64,000 nt of DNA. Origin: Mobula hypostoma (taxonomy: Eukaryota). The notes under the pieces were generated by a model. It saw nothing but the letters and a program-made list of their open reading frames with translations. It was not told the origin of the DNA and did not search any database. Position numbers and translations under genes: made by a program. This document shows, one piece after another, positions 38,696-51,829 of this stretch. Numbering within the stretch: position 1 is the stretch's first letter; each line of letters opens with the position of its first letter. The stretch is taken from the NCBI RefSeq assembly GCF_963921235.1, contig NC_086108.1, positions 90,770,001 through 90,834,000 on the forward strand, written 5' to 3'.

Positions 38696-38910
38696 AACAC
38701 ATACAAAATGCTGGAGGAAATCAGCAGGTTAGACAGCATGTATGGAAAGGAATAAGGAGTCGATGTTTTGAGCTGAGACTCTTAATTAGGACATAATGAA
38801 CAGTTATGGCCCGAAATGTCAACTTCATAGATGCTGCCTGACCTGCTTAGTTCCTTCAGCATTTTGTGTGTGTTACTCTGGACTTCCAGCATCTGCAGAA
38901 TCTCTTGTGT
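38696..38910. repeat. Inverted pair of Penelope-type terminal-repeat remnants
   Basis: acacatacaaaatgctggaggaaatcagcagg... is followed ~110 bp later by its reverse complement ...cctgcttagttccttcagcattttgtgtgtgtt. Confidence 0.8.
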
Positions 38911-38989
38911 ATAGAAGACAAGGAATGGGTATATCAGGATTGCTCTGTAAACTGTCATAGATTTAATGGGATGCATAGCTCCCTATTTA

Positions 38990-39475
38990 GAAACATAGAA
39001 AACCTACAGCACAATACAGGCCCTTCGGCTCACAATGCTGTGTCAAACATGTACTTACTTTAGAAATTACCCAGGGTTACCCATAGCCCTCTATTTTTCT
39101 AAGCTCTATGTACATATCCAGGAAAGACTCTTAAAAGATTCTATCGTATCCGCCTCCACCACCGTTGCTGGCAGCCCATTCCACACACTCACCACTCTCT
39201 GTGTAAAATTACTTACCCCTGACATCCCCTCTGTACCTACTTCCAAGCACCTTAAAACTGTGCCCACTTGTGTAAGCCATTTTAGTGCTGGAAAAAGCCT
39301 CGGACTATCCACACGATCAATGCTTCTCATCATCCTGTACACCTCTGTCAGGTCATCTTTCATCCTTCGTCGCTCCAAGGAGAAAAGGCCAAGTTCACTT
39401 GACCTATTCTTGTAAAGCATGCTCCCCAATCCAGGAAACATCCTTGTAAATCTCCTCTGCACCCTTTCTGTAGTT
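38990..39475 (-). mobile_element. CR1 3' fragment
   Basis: QRRFTRMFPGL...LGLFSLERRRM..DL.EVY; same family as 1950-2410. Confidence 0.9.
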
Positions 39476-40096
39476 TCTACAAGGAATAAGAAAAGTTAAT
39501 TCTTGGTTATTATACCTTGCTTAATGAAAATGCAGATTTTCTTGTCTAATTTTTAAAATCCTGTTTAGGCTTTCTTCAACATTTTTTGCATGCTTGGAAA
39601 ATAGGCTGTGCCATCTTAAGCATAACTGAGTTTATTTGCCCATTAATTATTAAATTAAGACTATCTTTATCTATTAGAAGGGAAGCTAAGAATTTATTTC
39701 TGGAGTAAATGATCTCTTGTTCAGAGTGGCGGCGAGAGATTACAGATCATTTTGCTTTCTCAGTAATGGAAAATGATAGAGGATAGGAATCAATGAAAAG
39801 TCTTTAAAGCACTTTTCAGTAAATTGAAAAATGTTTATTATGTTCAAATGAACTGTTTCCTGATAACTGAATTCCCCATAATTATTTAGGTGAGGATGGA
39901 AAGAGAAATATCATTTGTTTATGTAAATACTATTAAGCATTTAATTTGTTTTCCTGAACTTGCCCTTGGATTGTTTGAGTACCTGAATACGAAATATAAG
40001 TGAAAAATGGAGAAGAAAACTGCAGCTCCCAAAACTAATAAATAGAAACAAAAAATGTGTGAAATAATCAGTAGATGAGGTAGCACCTGTGGAAGT

Positions 40097-40476
40097 TGTT
40101 GGATTTGAGTAATTTAGCAATCCAAAGGTGCTTCAGAAGTCAAGAATGAGGTATAAAATTTTGTTGTTTATGGCCATTTATTAGGTGTTATAAGAGCAAA
40201 AAAACGAACAAAGAAAAAAGACAAAGAACAACAAAATCATGGCTGATCTTTACTAAAAACTAGCTCAGACTGGAAAGATAACAATGCCACCATGATAACA
40301 AATTACCTATGAAATAGCCAGATTAAAGTGGCATGACACCTGGTGCAGTAAACTAAGAAGCAACTAGAAAATGCACGATCAGCTATACTACAATTACTAA
40401 ACAATTCACTGAGCAATTGCAAAAATATAAAGATACAAGCAAACATAGTAAAAGTTAAATTACTAGAAAAATAATA
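40097..40476. repeat. Old interspersed repeat, solo-LTR-like (copy 1)
   Basis: Colinear with 54501-54907 (gaagtcaagaatgagg, atgataaca, aaatagccagatt, aactaagaagc, aattcactga). Starts TGTTGG. Confidence 0.7.
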
Positions 40477-40864
40477 ATTTTACACTCTAATGCAACAGAC
40501 TGTAACAATATAATAGTCATGTGAAGTTAAGTTATTGTGAAATTATATTAATTATTTCATGCATCTCTGCCACTGTATCTTCAATACTATCTAACTGTGT
40601 AAGACTCCTTTACGGGAAAATTGCCCATGCAAAACCTACCAGGATAGAGCATAAAGCACTACTCGGAATTCACTAGTTATATGGCACATCTAATCTGCTG
40701 CCAAAATCTAATTTAAAACCGTTTTGGATTTAATGACATTATGAGCCTCACTCATCAGCCTGAACAGTCCATTCCAAAGAGTCACCATTCTTTATGAGGT
40801 GTTGTTGCATAGCAGCCCAGGACTATGCATTCGTTATAGCTGCCGGTATCAGATATTCCATTCG

Positions 40865-43800
40865 TTAGTTAGTAAGATAGGACAGATCGACACGTGGCTG
40901 AAGGCATGGTGCAGGAGGGACGGCTTCAGATTTATAGATAATTGGGCAGTTTTCCAGGGAAGGTGGGACCTGTTCTGGCGGGACGGTTTACATCTGAGCT
41001 GGAGGGGGACAAATATTCTTGCAGGTAGATTTGCTAGAGAGGCTCCGGTGGATTTAAACTAGATACGAGGGGGGAGGGGAACCAGAGTGTAAGAACAGAT
41101 GTAGGGGAGAAGGAAGAAAAAGAAAATAGTGAAGTTGTTTGCACCGTTAGTGATAAACAAACAGTAAGAGGTGGAAAATCTCTTAAATGCATTTATTTCA
41201 ATGCTAGGAGCATTATAAGAAAGGTGGAGGAGCTTAAGGCATGTATTGATACCTGGAACTATGATGTGGTAGCTATTAGTGAAACATGGTTGCAGGAGGG
41301 GTGTGATTGGCAACTAAATATTCCTGGATTTAATTGCTTCAGGTGTGATAGAATCCGAGGGACAAGAGAGGGAGGTGTTGCATTGCTTGTCAGAGAAAAT
41401 ATTACAGTGGCGCTCTGGCTGGATAGATTAGAGGGCTCATCTAGGGAAGCTATTTGGGTGGAATTGAGGAATGGGAAAGGTGCAGTAACTCTTATGGGGG
41501 TGTATTATAGACCACCAAATGGGGAGCGAGAATTGGAGGAGCAAATTTGTAAGGAGATAGCAGATATTTGTAGTAAGCAGAAGGTTGTGATTGTGGGAGA
41601 TTTTAATTTTCCACACATAGACTGGGAAGCCCATATTGTAAAAGGGCAGGATAGTTTGGAGTTTGTAAAATGTTTGCAGGATAGTTTTTTACAGCAATAC
41701 ATAGAGGTACCACCTAGAGAAGGGGCAGTGTTGGATCTCCTTTTAGGAAATGAGATAGGTCAGGTGACAGAGGTTTGTGTTGGGGATCACTTCAGGTCCA
41801 GTGATCACAATGCTATTAGTTTCAATATAATTATGGAGAAGGATAGGTCTGGACCCAGGGTTGAGATTTTTGATTGGAGAAAGGCTAACTTTGAGGAGAT
41901 GTGAAAGGATTTAGAAGGAGTGGATTAGGATAATTTGTTTTATGGGAAGGACGTAATAAAATAGAGGTCATTTAAAGGTGAAATTCTGAGAGTACAGAAT
42001 CTTCATGTTCCTGCTAGGTTGAAAGGAAAGGTTAAAAGTTTGAGAGAGCCATGGTTTTCAAGGGATATTGGAAACATGGTTCGGAAAAAGAGAGATATCT
42101 ACAATAAACATAGGCAGCATGGAGAATATGAGGGGCTCGAGGAATATAAAGAATGTAAAAAGAATCTTAAGAAAGAAATTAGAAAAGCTAAAAGAAGATA
42201 TGAGGTTTCTTTGGCAAGTAAGGTGAAAATAAATCCCAAGGGTTTCTACCCTCATATTAATAGCAAAAGGATAGTGAGGGATAAAATTGGTCCCTTAGAG
42301 AATCAGAGTGGACAGCTATGTGTGGAGCCAAAAGAGATGGAGGAGATTCTGAACTATTTCTTTTCTTCGGTATTCACTAAAGAGAGGGATATTGAATTGG
42401 GTAAAATAAGAGAAACAGGTAGGGAAGTTATGTAAACTATGGTGATTAAAGAAGAGGAAGTACTGGAGCTTTTAAGGAATATAACAGTGGATAAGTCTCC
42501 AGGTCCTGACAGGATATTCCCTAGGACCTTGAGGGAAGTTAGTGTGGAAATAGCAGGGGCTCTGACAGAAATATTTCAAGTGTCATTAGAAACGGGGATG
42601 GTACCGGAGGATTGGCATATTGCTCATGATGTTCCATTGTTTAAAAAGGGTTCTAAGAGTAAACCTAGCAATTATCAGCCTGGGAGTTTGATGTCAGTGG
42701 TGGGTAAATTGATGGAAAGTATTTTTAGGGATGGTATATATAATTATCTGGATAGACAGAGTCTGATTAGGAACAGTCAACATGGATTTGTGCGTGGAAG
42801 GACATGTTTGACAAATCTTATTGAATTTTTTGAAGAGGCTACTAGGAAAGTTGATGAGGGTAAAGCGGTGGATGTTGTCTATATGGACTTCAGTAAGGCC
42901 TTTGACAAGGTCCCACACGGAAGGTTGGTTAGGAAGCTTCAATCGTTAGGTATTAATATTGAAGTCGTAAAATGGATTCAGCAGTGGCTGGATGGGAGAC
43001 GCTAGAGAGTGGTGGTGGATAACTGTTTGTCCGATTGGAGGTCAGTGACTAGTGGTGTGCCTCAGGGATCTGTACTGGGCCCAATGTTATTTGTCATATA
43101 CATTAATGATCTGGATGATGGGCTGGTAAATTGGATGAGTAAGTATGCAGATGATACTAAGATAGGTAGACTTGTGGATCATGAAGTAGGTTTTCAAAGC
43201 TTGCAGAGAGATTTAGGCTAGTTAGAAGAGTGGGCTGAAAGATGGCAGATGGAGTTTAATGCTGATAAATGTGAGGTGTTACATTTTGGTAGGACTAATC
43301 AAAATAGGACATACATGGTAAATGGTAGGGCATTGAAGAATGCAGTAAACCAGAGGGATCTAGGAATAATGGTGCATAGTTCCCTGAAGGTGGAATCTCA
43401 TGTGGATAGGGTGGTGAAGAAAGCTTTTGGTATGCTGGCCTTTATAAATCAGAGCATTGAGTATAGGAGTTGGGATGTAATGTTGAAATTGTACAAGGCA
43501 TTGGTGAGACCAAATTTGGAGTATTGTGTACAGTTTTGGTCACCAAATTATAGGAAAGATGTCAACAAAATAAAGAGAGTACAGAGGAGATTTTCTAGAA
43601 TGTTACCTGGGTTTCATCACCTAAGTTACAGAGAAAGGTTGAACAAGTTGGGTCTTTATTCTTTGTAACGTAGAAGTTTGAGGGGGGACTTGATAGAGGT
43701 ATTTAAAATTATGAAGGGGATAGGTAGTGTTGATATGGATAGGCTTTTTCTATTGAGAGTGGGGGAGATTCAAACAAGAGGACATGAGTTGAGAGTTAAA

Positions 43801-44075
43801 GGGCAAAGTTTAGGGGTAACATGAGGGGGAACTTCTTTACTCAGAGAGTGGTAGCTGTGTGGAATGAGCTTCCAGCAGAAGTGGTTGAGGCAGGGTCGAT
43901 GTTGTCGTTTAAAGTTAAATTGGACAACTATATGGACAGGAAAGGAATGGAGGGTTATGGGGTGAGTGCAGGTTGGTGGGACTAAGTGAGAGTAACAGTT
44001 TGGCACAGACTAGAAGGGCCGAGGTGGCCCGTTTTACGTGCTGTAATTGCTATATGTTTAAATGGTTATATAACT
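40865..44075 (+). mobile_element. Near-full-length CR1 LINE: ORF1 esterase C-terminus plus ORF2 (APE + RT) with nonsense codons
   Basis: ORF1: WLKAWCRRDGFRFIDNW...DGLHL (SGNH-like). ORF2: AISETW, YYRPP, VGDFNFP, SDHN, KSPGPD, DFSKAFDKV, PQGS, YADD. 3' UTR with a TTATA-type tail. Confidence 0.96.
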
Positions 44076-45249
44076 GCTATGAACATATGTGCAATTCTGT
44101 ATTAAAATGTTACTTCTACATTTTTCTTCCCTCACTAGTTTTACTGGAAGCAAGGGCAGGAGTTTCCCAGTAAAGTGAACGCACACGTTTCAATGCATTC
44201 TCTTGAATGTAATAAGCATGTAATTGAAAATACTATACTGAATCAGACAACAAACAAACCTTTAGAAATGCCAAGAATGTCACATTAAAACTTTAATAAA
44301 GGATTTAAAAGATACAAAGGTCAATCCATTGCGAAAAGAAATTAAGTAACATTGAGAAATGTCCAATTTTTTAACAGTTGCTGAGTTGGAAGGAAGAAGG
44401 AAACTGTTTTAATAGAATTGTGGGAGTCCAGTATCTTGGCAGATGGATTGAGAGTTGATATTTTTGCCTTGAGCTGTAATGCTGTGAGCTGAATTTGGAT
44501 TGCAGTCTCAGCTTGCACAAATAACCTCATTTCCCAGAATTCAACAGCTCTGTCAGTCAGTTTAACAAGATATATTTCTTCTTTGGCTTCTAATAATTTC
44601 TGTTCAGAAGTTTTTTTTTCAAAAATTCACAAATGTCAAACTTTTTACTGAGGTGAAGTTCGTACTGACGCTTCCTTTTTCTGGATAGGCTATGTTATTA
44701 ATGAAAGAGAAGGCAAGAAATCTGATAACTAGTTTTTTTCTCTATTGGGCTCTGTAAACTTTAAACTGAGAAGGGAGGCTGAATCGTACTGGTCTGAGAT
44801 AAAAAGAGAGAAAGAATGCAAAGAAAAGGATGGGTGAGAATAAGTTGTTGAAGATTTCCAGAATAAAGTTTCCCCAGATAAAGTTAAATTTTGAAATAAT
44901 TACGTTGCTTATGTTTTGGGACACTGAGAAATTTGAATGCTTGTGTCCTAGACTTCTGAGAGAGCATGTAGTATATACTGATGTAGTTATGGTTGAGCAC
45001 AGGAAGTTTTTCATTCCAGTGCATTTGTAAAAGTACATTGAATTTTAAAAAGTAATCAGAATGAGAAGGTAGAATTAAGAGTGAAAGAGGAGACAGACAA
45101 ACTGGGAGTCATGGGATATCTGACTTCAGATCTGCTGTGGATGACTGGGAGGTTATGAATCAAGGTGAGTGACAACAGAGTAAGAAGACTAGAAAATATT
45201 GCAAGTATTCCAGCCTGTCAGGTTTTGTGGGGTGGGGATAGTGGGGGTG

Positions 45250-45252
<3 letters not shown>

Positions 45253-45294
<42 letters not shown>

Positions 45295-45301
45295 GTGTGT
45301 G
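45253..45301. repeat. (GT)n microsatellite
   Basis: About 20 perfect TG units followed by a short interrupted extension. Confidence 0.98.
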
Positions 45302-47244
45302 ATCAAGAAAAAAGGGAGGGTTTTTGTTGATTACCATATATTGGAACAGATTTGTTCCAGTTCACCCTATTTTTATTTCATATTTCCAGCATTGTTGTTT
45401 CTTTTTTTTTGAAATTGGAGAGCGCAATGTGCTGAGTAGGTGAATCTGAGTGTAGGAGATTGGACTAGTATCGGGAAACTATGTCACTGTTTTCTGGATA
45501 GTGAACAGAATGAATGGCTGAGTTGCACGTGAAGAGAACATTAAAGGAGTTGATTGGGGCACCAACTCCTCTGCAATCCCTAGGAGCAGTCCAACAACAG
45601 TCAGTAGCTTTCTCTCTCACCACACCATTGCTTACCATCTGTGCAGAGAAAACAGTAAAGTGATGCAGATGCTGGAAATAGTCATAGAGTAATACAACAT
45701 GGAACCAACCCTTCAGCCCAACTTGTGCAAGGGTAATATGATGTCCCCACTCAGGTACTCAATGTTGTGGCCAATGAAGAAAAGCATTTCATGTGGCTTT
45801 TTCACCACTTTATCTATACTAATTCTAACTCTCTTTTCTTTATCCCTGTTGAGAAATAATCAGTAATTATTCTTTTGGCCACAAGTCAGGATCTGACCAG
45901 GTTCTTTAAAATATTTAGTCCCTCTTAATGCAATCTTTGATTTATGGGACTTAGAGTGACATTCAGAAATTTTGTTGAACACTTTTTCATGTGAGAGTGC
46001 ATTCCTACTAATTGTTTTTCTGGCATATTTCCCTTTACTAAATATAAACTTACTTTAACAATTAGACAGATCTCTCAGCTCATTGCTAGCAAGACATTCA
46101 TGAAAAACACCTACCCTAACAGTTCCACCCTTTGCTTGCACAGTTTTTGCCTTCATTGCAAGTTATACATTGACCATTGCACTGAAGGATAAATCTGATA
46201 TTAATTACTTGTGCTAACTGCATGTGAGAGTCTCAATCTCCATTTGTACTTCCCTCCCATGTTGTAAGTTTCATTAACTTCGATATTCTTTCTGTTCTCA
46301 CTTAAGACTTATAGATTCCTAAAACTCCTTTATCTATTTCTGTCTTCCAGGAATTCTAATCCACTAGCAACTCTTTCTCCTGGCCCCTCATACTGTGCTT
46401 TGAAAAGGGAGGTTGTGTTATTGGTCTAGTGAATCACCTTGGGATTCAGTAACGGATAGAATAAAAGCTCTTGCATTGCATACTTCATAATTTCTCCAGA
46501 ACTCTCCTAGTCTGCATTCAGAACTTCGTGTCTTTTTTTCAAAAAAAAAATCTTTACTTCTTCAATAAGGCCATTCTTCTACATCAATTTTTACTGATTT
46601 GGAGGCCAACATGTTTCACCTCATTGGATGCATCAATGTAATAATTAAAGGAAATAGACTCACTGGTTCATACCATTTCCAATTCATCCCAATATCGCTC
46701 TCATTGACCTAGCCTCACTGGTATAGCAGGGCTGATGTGTGTGTATGTGGCTGTCAATTGAAGAGAGAAAACCAAGTGGAGATATGGTGAAGTACGGTTA
46801 GAAGTTCAAATAAAAAGAGCAGATGCCAAAATTACTCAGCAGGTCAGGCAGTGTGTGTGGAGGACGAAGGTAACATTTCAATGACTGGAAAGCAACCTCT
46901 GATCATGGTGCTCCTTCTCTCCATTCATATTCTCCTCTTCTCGACAAATTTTCCAATCTTGTGTGTCTAATGAATGCTTCAATTTCCCCATTTTTTTCAG
47001 AATTTTTTCTGTTGAAAGGTCATTGAACCTAAATGTCACCTTTTGCCTCTCTGTTCACAGATTCTGCCTGACTTACTGAGTCTCTCATTCTATATTTTCT
47101 ATTGTTATTTCACATTAATTGTATCTGCAATTTTTTGCATTTTGAATTGATAATTTTCATGATTATTACATTGTTAATTTGCTTTTATTACTTACGAATA
47201 GTTTGATAATATTCCTAATATAATTTACTATAAAAAAGACTGGC

Positions 47245-47497
47245 AGGCATAGGTTTAAGGTAAGAGAGGAGAGATTTCATAGGAACCTAAGGGGTACCTT
47301 TTTACACCCAGAGAGTGGTCAGCATAAGGAATGAACTGCCGGAGGAAGTGGTTGAGGCAAGTACATTAATAACGTTCAAAAGGTACTTGGATAGAAAAGA
47401 TTTGGGGGATGTGGACCAAATACATTTGAAATGAGTAGCTTAGACTAGAATCTTGGTCAGCATGCACCAGCTTCTGTGTCATATGACTCTGACTCTA
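47245..47497 (+). mobile_element. CR1 3' fragment
   Basis: ttttacacccagagagtgg...gaagtggttgaggca; tail tatgactctgactcta. Confidence 0.8.
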
Positions 47498-48562
47498 AAT
47501 CCAAATTAATATCTGGAAATATTGAGCATTTCTCATGACATTTTTATCTGTGCCTTTCCCTTTCCTTTTGCCTAAATGGTGTTTCAAATTAGAATGTTTC
47601 CCAGGTTACCATATTTTTTTTATCCTTGTGGCTTAAGTTTAAAAGTTGCTTTATCTATATATCTTCTTTTTGCCCTCCCTGTTTATCTTTTGGCCTCACC
47701 TCTCTGTCAATTAAATTTTATCGTTTTGACTTTATGGATCATTGAGTACAAGGGTCAAAAACTGTGTTGTCTTCAGGGCAAAGCAGTTTAAGGAAAAGTA
47801 TAATGTAAAGGTAGTGGCCTGAAATATGGCAACTGGAAAATGTGCAGGCAGAATCAGAATTATGTTTATTATCACTGACACGTGTCATGAAATTTGCTGT
47901 TTTATGGCAGCAGTACAGCACAAGACATAAAACTGACTATAAGTTACAAAATAAAGAGTGCAAAAGGCAAGTTAAAAAAGCAGTTTTCATGGGTTCACGG
48001 ACCATTCAAAAATCTGATGGCAAAGGGGAAGAAGCTGTTCCTAAAACATTGAGTATGCAGGTAGGGCAGGAAGGGGATTGTGGAGAGGGATGTGGGTTGT
48101 CTGGATATACAGTGAAACAATTCGATATTATTTCAAGGTTCAAAGATGAAGGGTCAGCTTTACTTGCCATATGCATTTACATGTAATACGATTTTGCTGT
48201 GATGTATTGGTGACTAAAATGTCAGTGGAGAAATATGTGTAACAGACAGTTGGCTAAAGGATGAAGAGTGAAGAAAGTCCTCTAGACAGTATTAGAGCAA
48301 CATTAGAGAGATCAGCAGAGAATAAATGAATAGTGGCTCTCCTAGAACTTAAGTAATCATGGAGCGGATGCAGAAATCTCGAATAAATAGTATGTAGGAG
48401 AGGAGAAAAAACAGCCGAGACAGAAGATAGGAAAAGGACAGGACATGGAGAGAGCAGGAGAAGTGCCATTGCGTCAAAGAAAATAGAAATGGAAAAGGTA
48501 AAAAAAAGTCTCAAGTGAATATTTGCAGTTCATAAATATAAAGCAGTATTACATCAAAAAAT

Positions 48563-48885
48563 ACCAGCAGTCCCCATGCCACGTAAAAGTTCCATTCCTG
48601 AGAGATATCCTTGAGTTGATTTTTCCGTAAGTCAGAGATGTCTGTTCTCTACAGCACCACATGATATTGTCCTTTGTGCTCTTGCTATAATTCTTTCATT
48701 TCATTGAACAATCACCCTAAAACTATTCATAATTAAACTAATGGAATATGTACTATAGAAACATGAATGAGGACTATTAAACATTTTGTTAATAGTAAAA
48801 TCTTGAAAGATGTTTTAAAATATACGGGACAATTTGCATAAAGTTGGATTTCCGTAAGTCAGGTCATCCCTATCCCAGGGAGAAT
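48563..48885. mobile_element. Degraded Tigger/pogo-like miniature element
   Basis: Sub-terminal repeat tttccgtaagtcag occurs twice (~48622, ~48848). Ends cagcagtcccc ... agggagaatg only weakly resemble TIRs. Confidence 0.4.
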
Positions 48886-49499
48886 GTTCAAAATATCTAG
48901 AGTAGTGGGGTTAATGAATTGAAATGGTGTTTACATATTAGGTATGTAATTAAATAAAGATCCAAGCTTCAGTCAACAAATTAATTAATGACAAGAAGTT
49001 ATCCTGGGGAAACTAATTGAAGACGGGTTTTCTCTGGGGAAATTAATTAATTAAAGAGAGATGCTTCTCTGGGGGATTATAAAGATTGGGGATTCACTTG
49101 GGAAAATTAAACTCAGAGTTTTTGAGAGGTTGATTGGCGGCCATGCGGAGAAGTGGCAATGCCAATTGGCTTCGCTGAGGTGGCTGTAATTGGAACAAGA
49201 GCAACTGTGTGTGGGTGGGGTGAAGTGCGGGAATTGGATGGTCTGGGTGGGAGGATGTAAGTGGTTGTCATTGCAAAATCACCAAGCAGCAGCATAACAA
49301 TAGGCAGCTGTATAACTACAATTGGACAATTGTGGGGAACAGCAACAGAAACAACTCTATAAGCCAGAGGAAATGAGTGGCAAGCCCAGTGTACTAAACC
49401 TAAGCAATTGAATCAAAAACAATTGAAGCAGCCTTCCCAGAAGAAATACAGTGCTTTTGTCTTTCATTTTTGTCAGGTGACAATTACGTCATATATTTC

Positions 49500-49750
49500 C
49501 TCTGGTGCGGAAGTGTAAGACCAGGGGACACAGCCTCAGAATAGAAGGGTGTCCATTTAGAATGGAGAAGAGGAGGAATTTCTTTATCCAGAGAGTAGTG
49601 AATCTGTGGAATTCATTACCACAGGCTGCTGTGGAGACCAAGGCATTGATAGATTTTTGATTAGACAGGAGATTGGGGTCAGAGGGAAATAGATCAGCCG
49701 GACTTGATGGGCCAAATGGCCTAATTCTGCCCTTGTATCTTATGGTCTCA
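49500..49750 (+). mobile_element. CR1 3' fragment
   Basis: accaggggacacagcctcagaatagaaggg...gtgaatctgtggaattc; tail tcttatggtct. Confidence 0.8.
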
Positions 49751-49818
49751 TTTCATGGAAATACAAATGTGATAAATATTAAGTAGGAAAGTTAGATTTT
49801 ACATAAACAGCATACAGA

Positions 49819-50095
49819 ACTGCTGCTCATTTGATATTGTTTTTCACACCATTCTCTGTAAACTCTGGACACCGTTGTGCCAGGAGATCAGCAGTTTCTG
49901 ATATACTCAAACTAACCCATCTGGAAAGTCAGTTAGATCATGTTTATTCCCCATTCTGATATGTGGACTGAACAACAACTGAACTTCTTGGCCTTGTGTG
50001 TATGTTTTTTTTTGCATTGAAATGCTGCCACTTGACGGTCTGGTGAGATATTTGTATTAACGAGCAGGTGCACCTAATAAAGTGGCCACTGAGTG
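49819..50095 (-). mobile_element. Tc1-derived element, truncated third copy
   Basis: Intact end cctaataaagtggccactgagtg|TA; body homologous to 16440-16733. Confidence 0.82.
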
Positions 50096-50951
50096 TATGT
50101 TGGTGCAATCTTTTTATTTTACCGGATATACAAAAACATAATGTCATTTGTTCATTGTTATTACATGGAAGGTACTGGAAGCATTATTAAAAGGAATGGA
50201 CAAACATGGAGAGGGGCGTTTGCAAAGTGCTGGGTGGGGACGGGAATTCTCTTTAATATTTTGTAAAGCATTGCTGAAAAGTTTTTAACTGAGTCCTCCA
50301 TAATCAACAGGAGCCTAAAGATCTGAAATATCTAATCAACTCAATTCTGGATAGATTAAACAAATCATCTGTCTTTGGACTTGCACATAGATATATCAGC
50401 TTCTTCTATTTTAGTTGTTTGTAATTGAAACAAACTGTTGATAAATTACACAACTTTAATCTCAGATATTAACAGTACTGTAAGTATATGTATGGTACAT
50501 TGATAGAGTAATGCTGCTGCTTTAGTTGTTTGAGTAGTTTGAAATTGCAACTGCCAGTGTTGCTCAGGTCTGTGCATTAGATGATGGATTAATGAATATT
50601 TAAATGTTAGCATAACACAACTTGATGCAGTTATATCCAGTCTAGAGAAGATAAATTGGAAATTGCCAAACATAAATGGAATACCGTACCTGTGATGACA
50701 TATTATAATGTATCTTTGGCTAGTTGAAAAAAGACTTAATTTACATAAATGTCAGCTCTCTTTCAAGAGTAAAGAAACATGTATTATTTAGTCTAGACTG
50801 CTGTTATCTGTATATGAGTATTTTTTGGAGATAGTAAGCAATTGTATTGTAAACAAATTGTTTAACATAATTCAAGGACAGATTTTGTGAAGTTGTTTAA
50901 TAAGATGCTTTTTGTAATTTAATCTTGATTATTTTGATTTTTGATTTACAG

Positions 50952-51167
50952 TCATTACATGGTTGCCTGGTGACTGGAGAACCAGAGCTACCTCTTTTCT
51001 ACACCCCTATTGACCTCGTGGACATTGGCGTGGAGGTAGCTGGATTGAAGTTCATGAATCCTTTTGGCTTAGCCAGTGCTCCTCCAACAACTAACTCTGC
51101 AATGATTCGAAGAGCATTTGAGGCAGGCTGGGCCTTTGCTCTGACTAAAACATTCTCTCTAGATAAG
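50952..51167 (+). CDS. DPYD: Dihydropyrimidine dehydrogenase internal coding exon (equivalent of human exon 13, residues ~509-580, start of FMN-binding barrel)
   Basis: Translation [72 protein letters not shown]. Acceptor tttttgatttacAG ends at 50951; donor AAG|GTAAGA starts at 51168. The exon is 216 bp, phase 0/0, and splices in frame to the previous exon. Confidence 0.97.
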
Positions 51168-51829
51168 GTAAGAACATATAAAAAATAAATGAGCAGCTTG
51201 CAATTTGCTCATGCAGTAATAACTACAAATATTCAACACTCTGGGACAATAGGCACTTTATTATCATTTATGATAGGACTGGTATTTCAAAATGCAATTT
51301 CCCATTGATATCATGTGAAGATGAATAATGTTACTAGCTTGATTTTTCAATAAAAACTGTCCATGTTCTTTTTCAGAATTTAAATAATAATTCACAGTTT
51401 AAATGCATATTTACGTTGGGTTAGGGTTCAACTGAAGCAGTGGTCTCAGCTCTGACGAATCCCATTAGGGGTACGAAGATGGAGAGGGTCAGTAGCTTTA
51501 AATCCTTTGGCATTAACATCTCAGAAGATCGGTCCTGAGACCAGCACATAAGTGTTCTCATAAAGAAGTCATGATAGCAGTTCTACTTTGCACAGATTTA
51601 GCATGTCACCAAAAACTGTGACAAACACCTGTAACTGCACAGTAGAGACCATCACAACTGGATGTATTAGCCCTGCTCCAGGTTAGGATCCTCACCTGCG
51701 GATCTGTCCAATCCTTCTCCATCACTACCAAAAACTAATTGAATTATTGTTACTTGAGCCAAAGTGGTCCCGGACTGCCACTTCAGTGATATGAACCATC
51801 TCATTCCTTAGAGGAATCCAGTATTGCAC

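Larger units (their letters stand above)
26837..50951 (+). other. DPYD: DPYD intron (GT-AG, 24,115 bp) between the two exons
   Basis: Canonical GT...AG ends. The flanking exons encode contiguous protein (...HKYLQ|SLHG...). Confidence 0.93.

Noticed and set aside
40846..40857. U2 snRNA-like 12-mer at the CR1 5' junction (possible template switch)
   Set aside because: The match is only 12 nt, from memory, and does not extend. It is compatible with chance.
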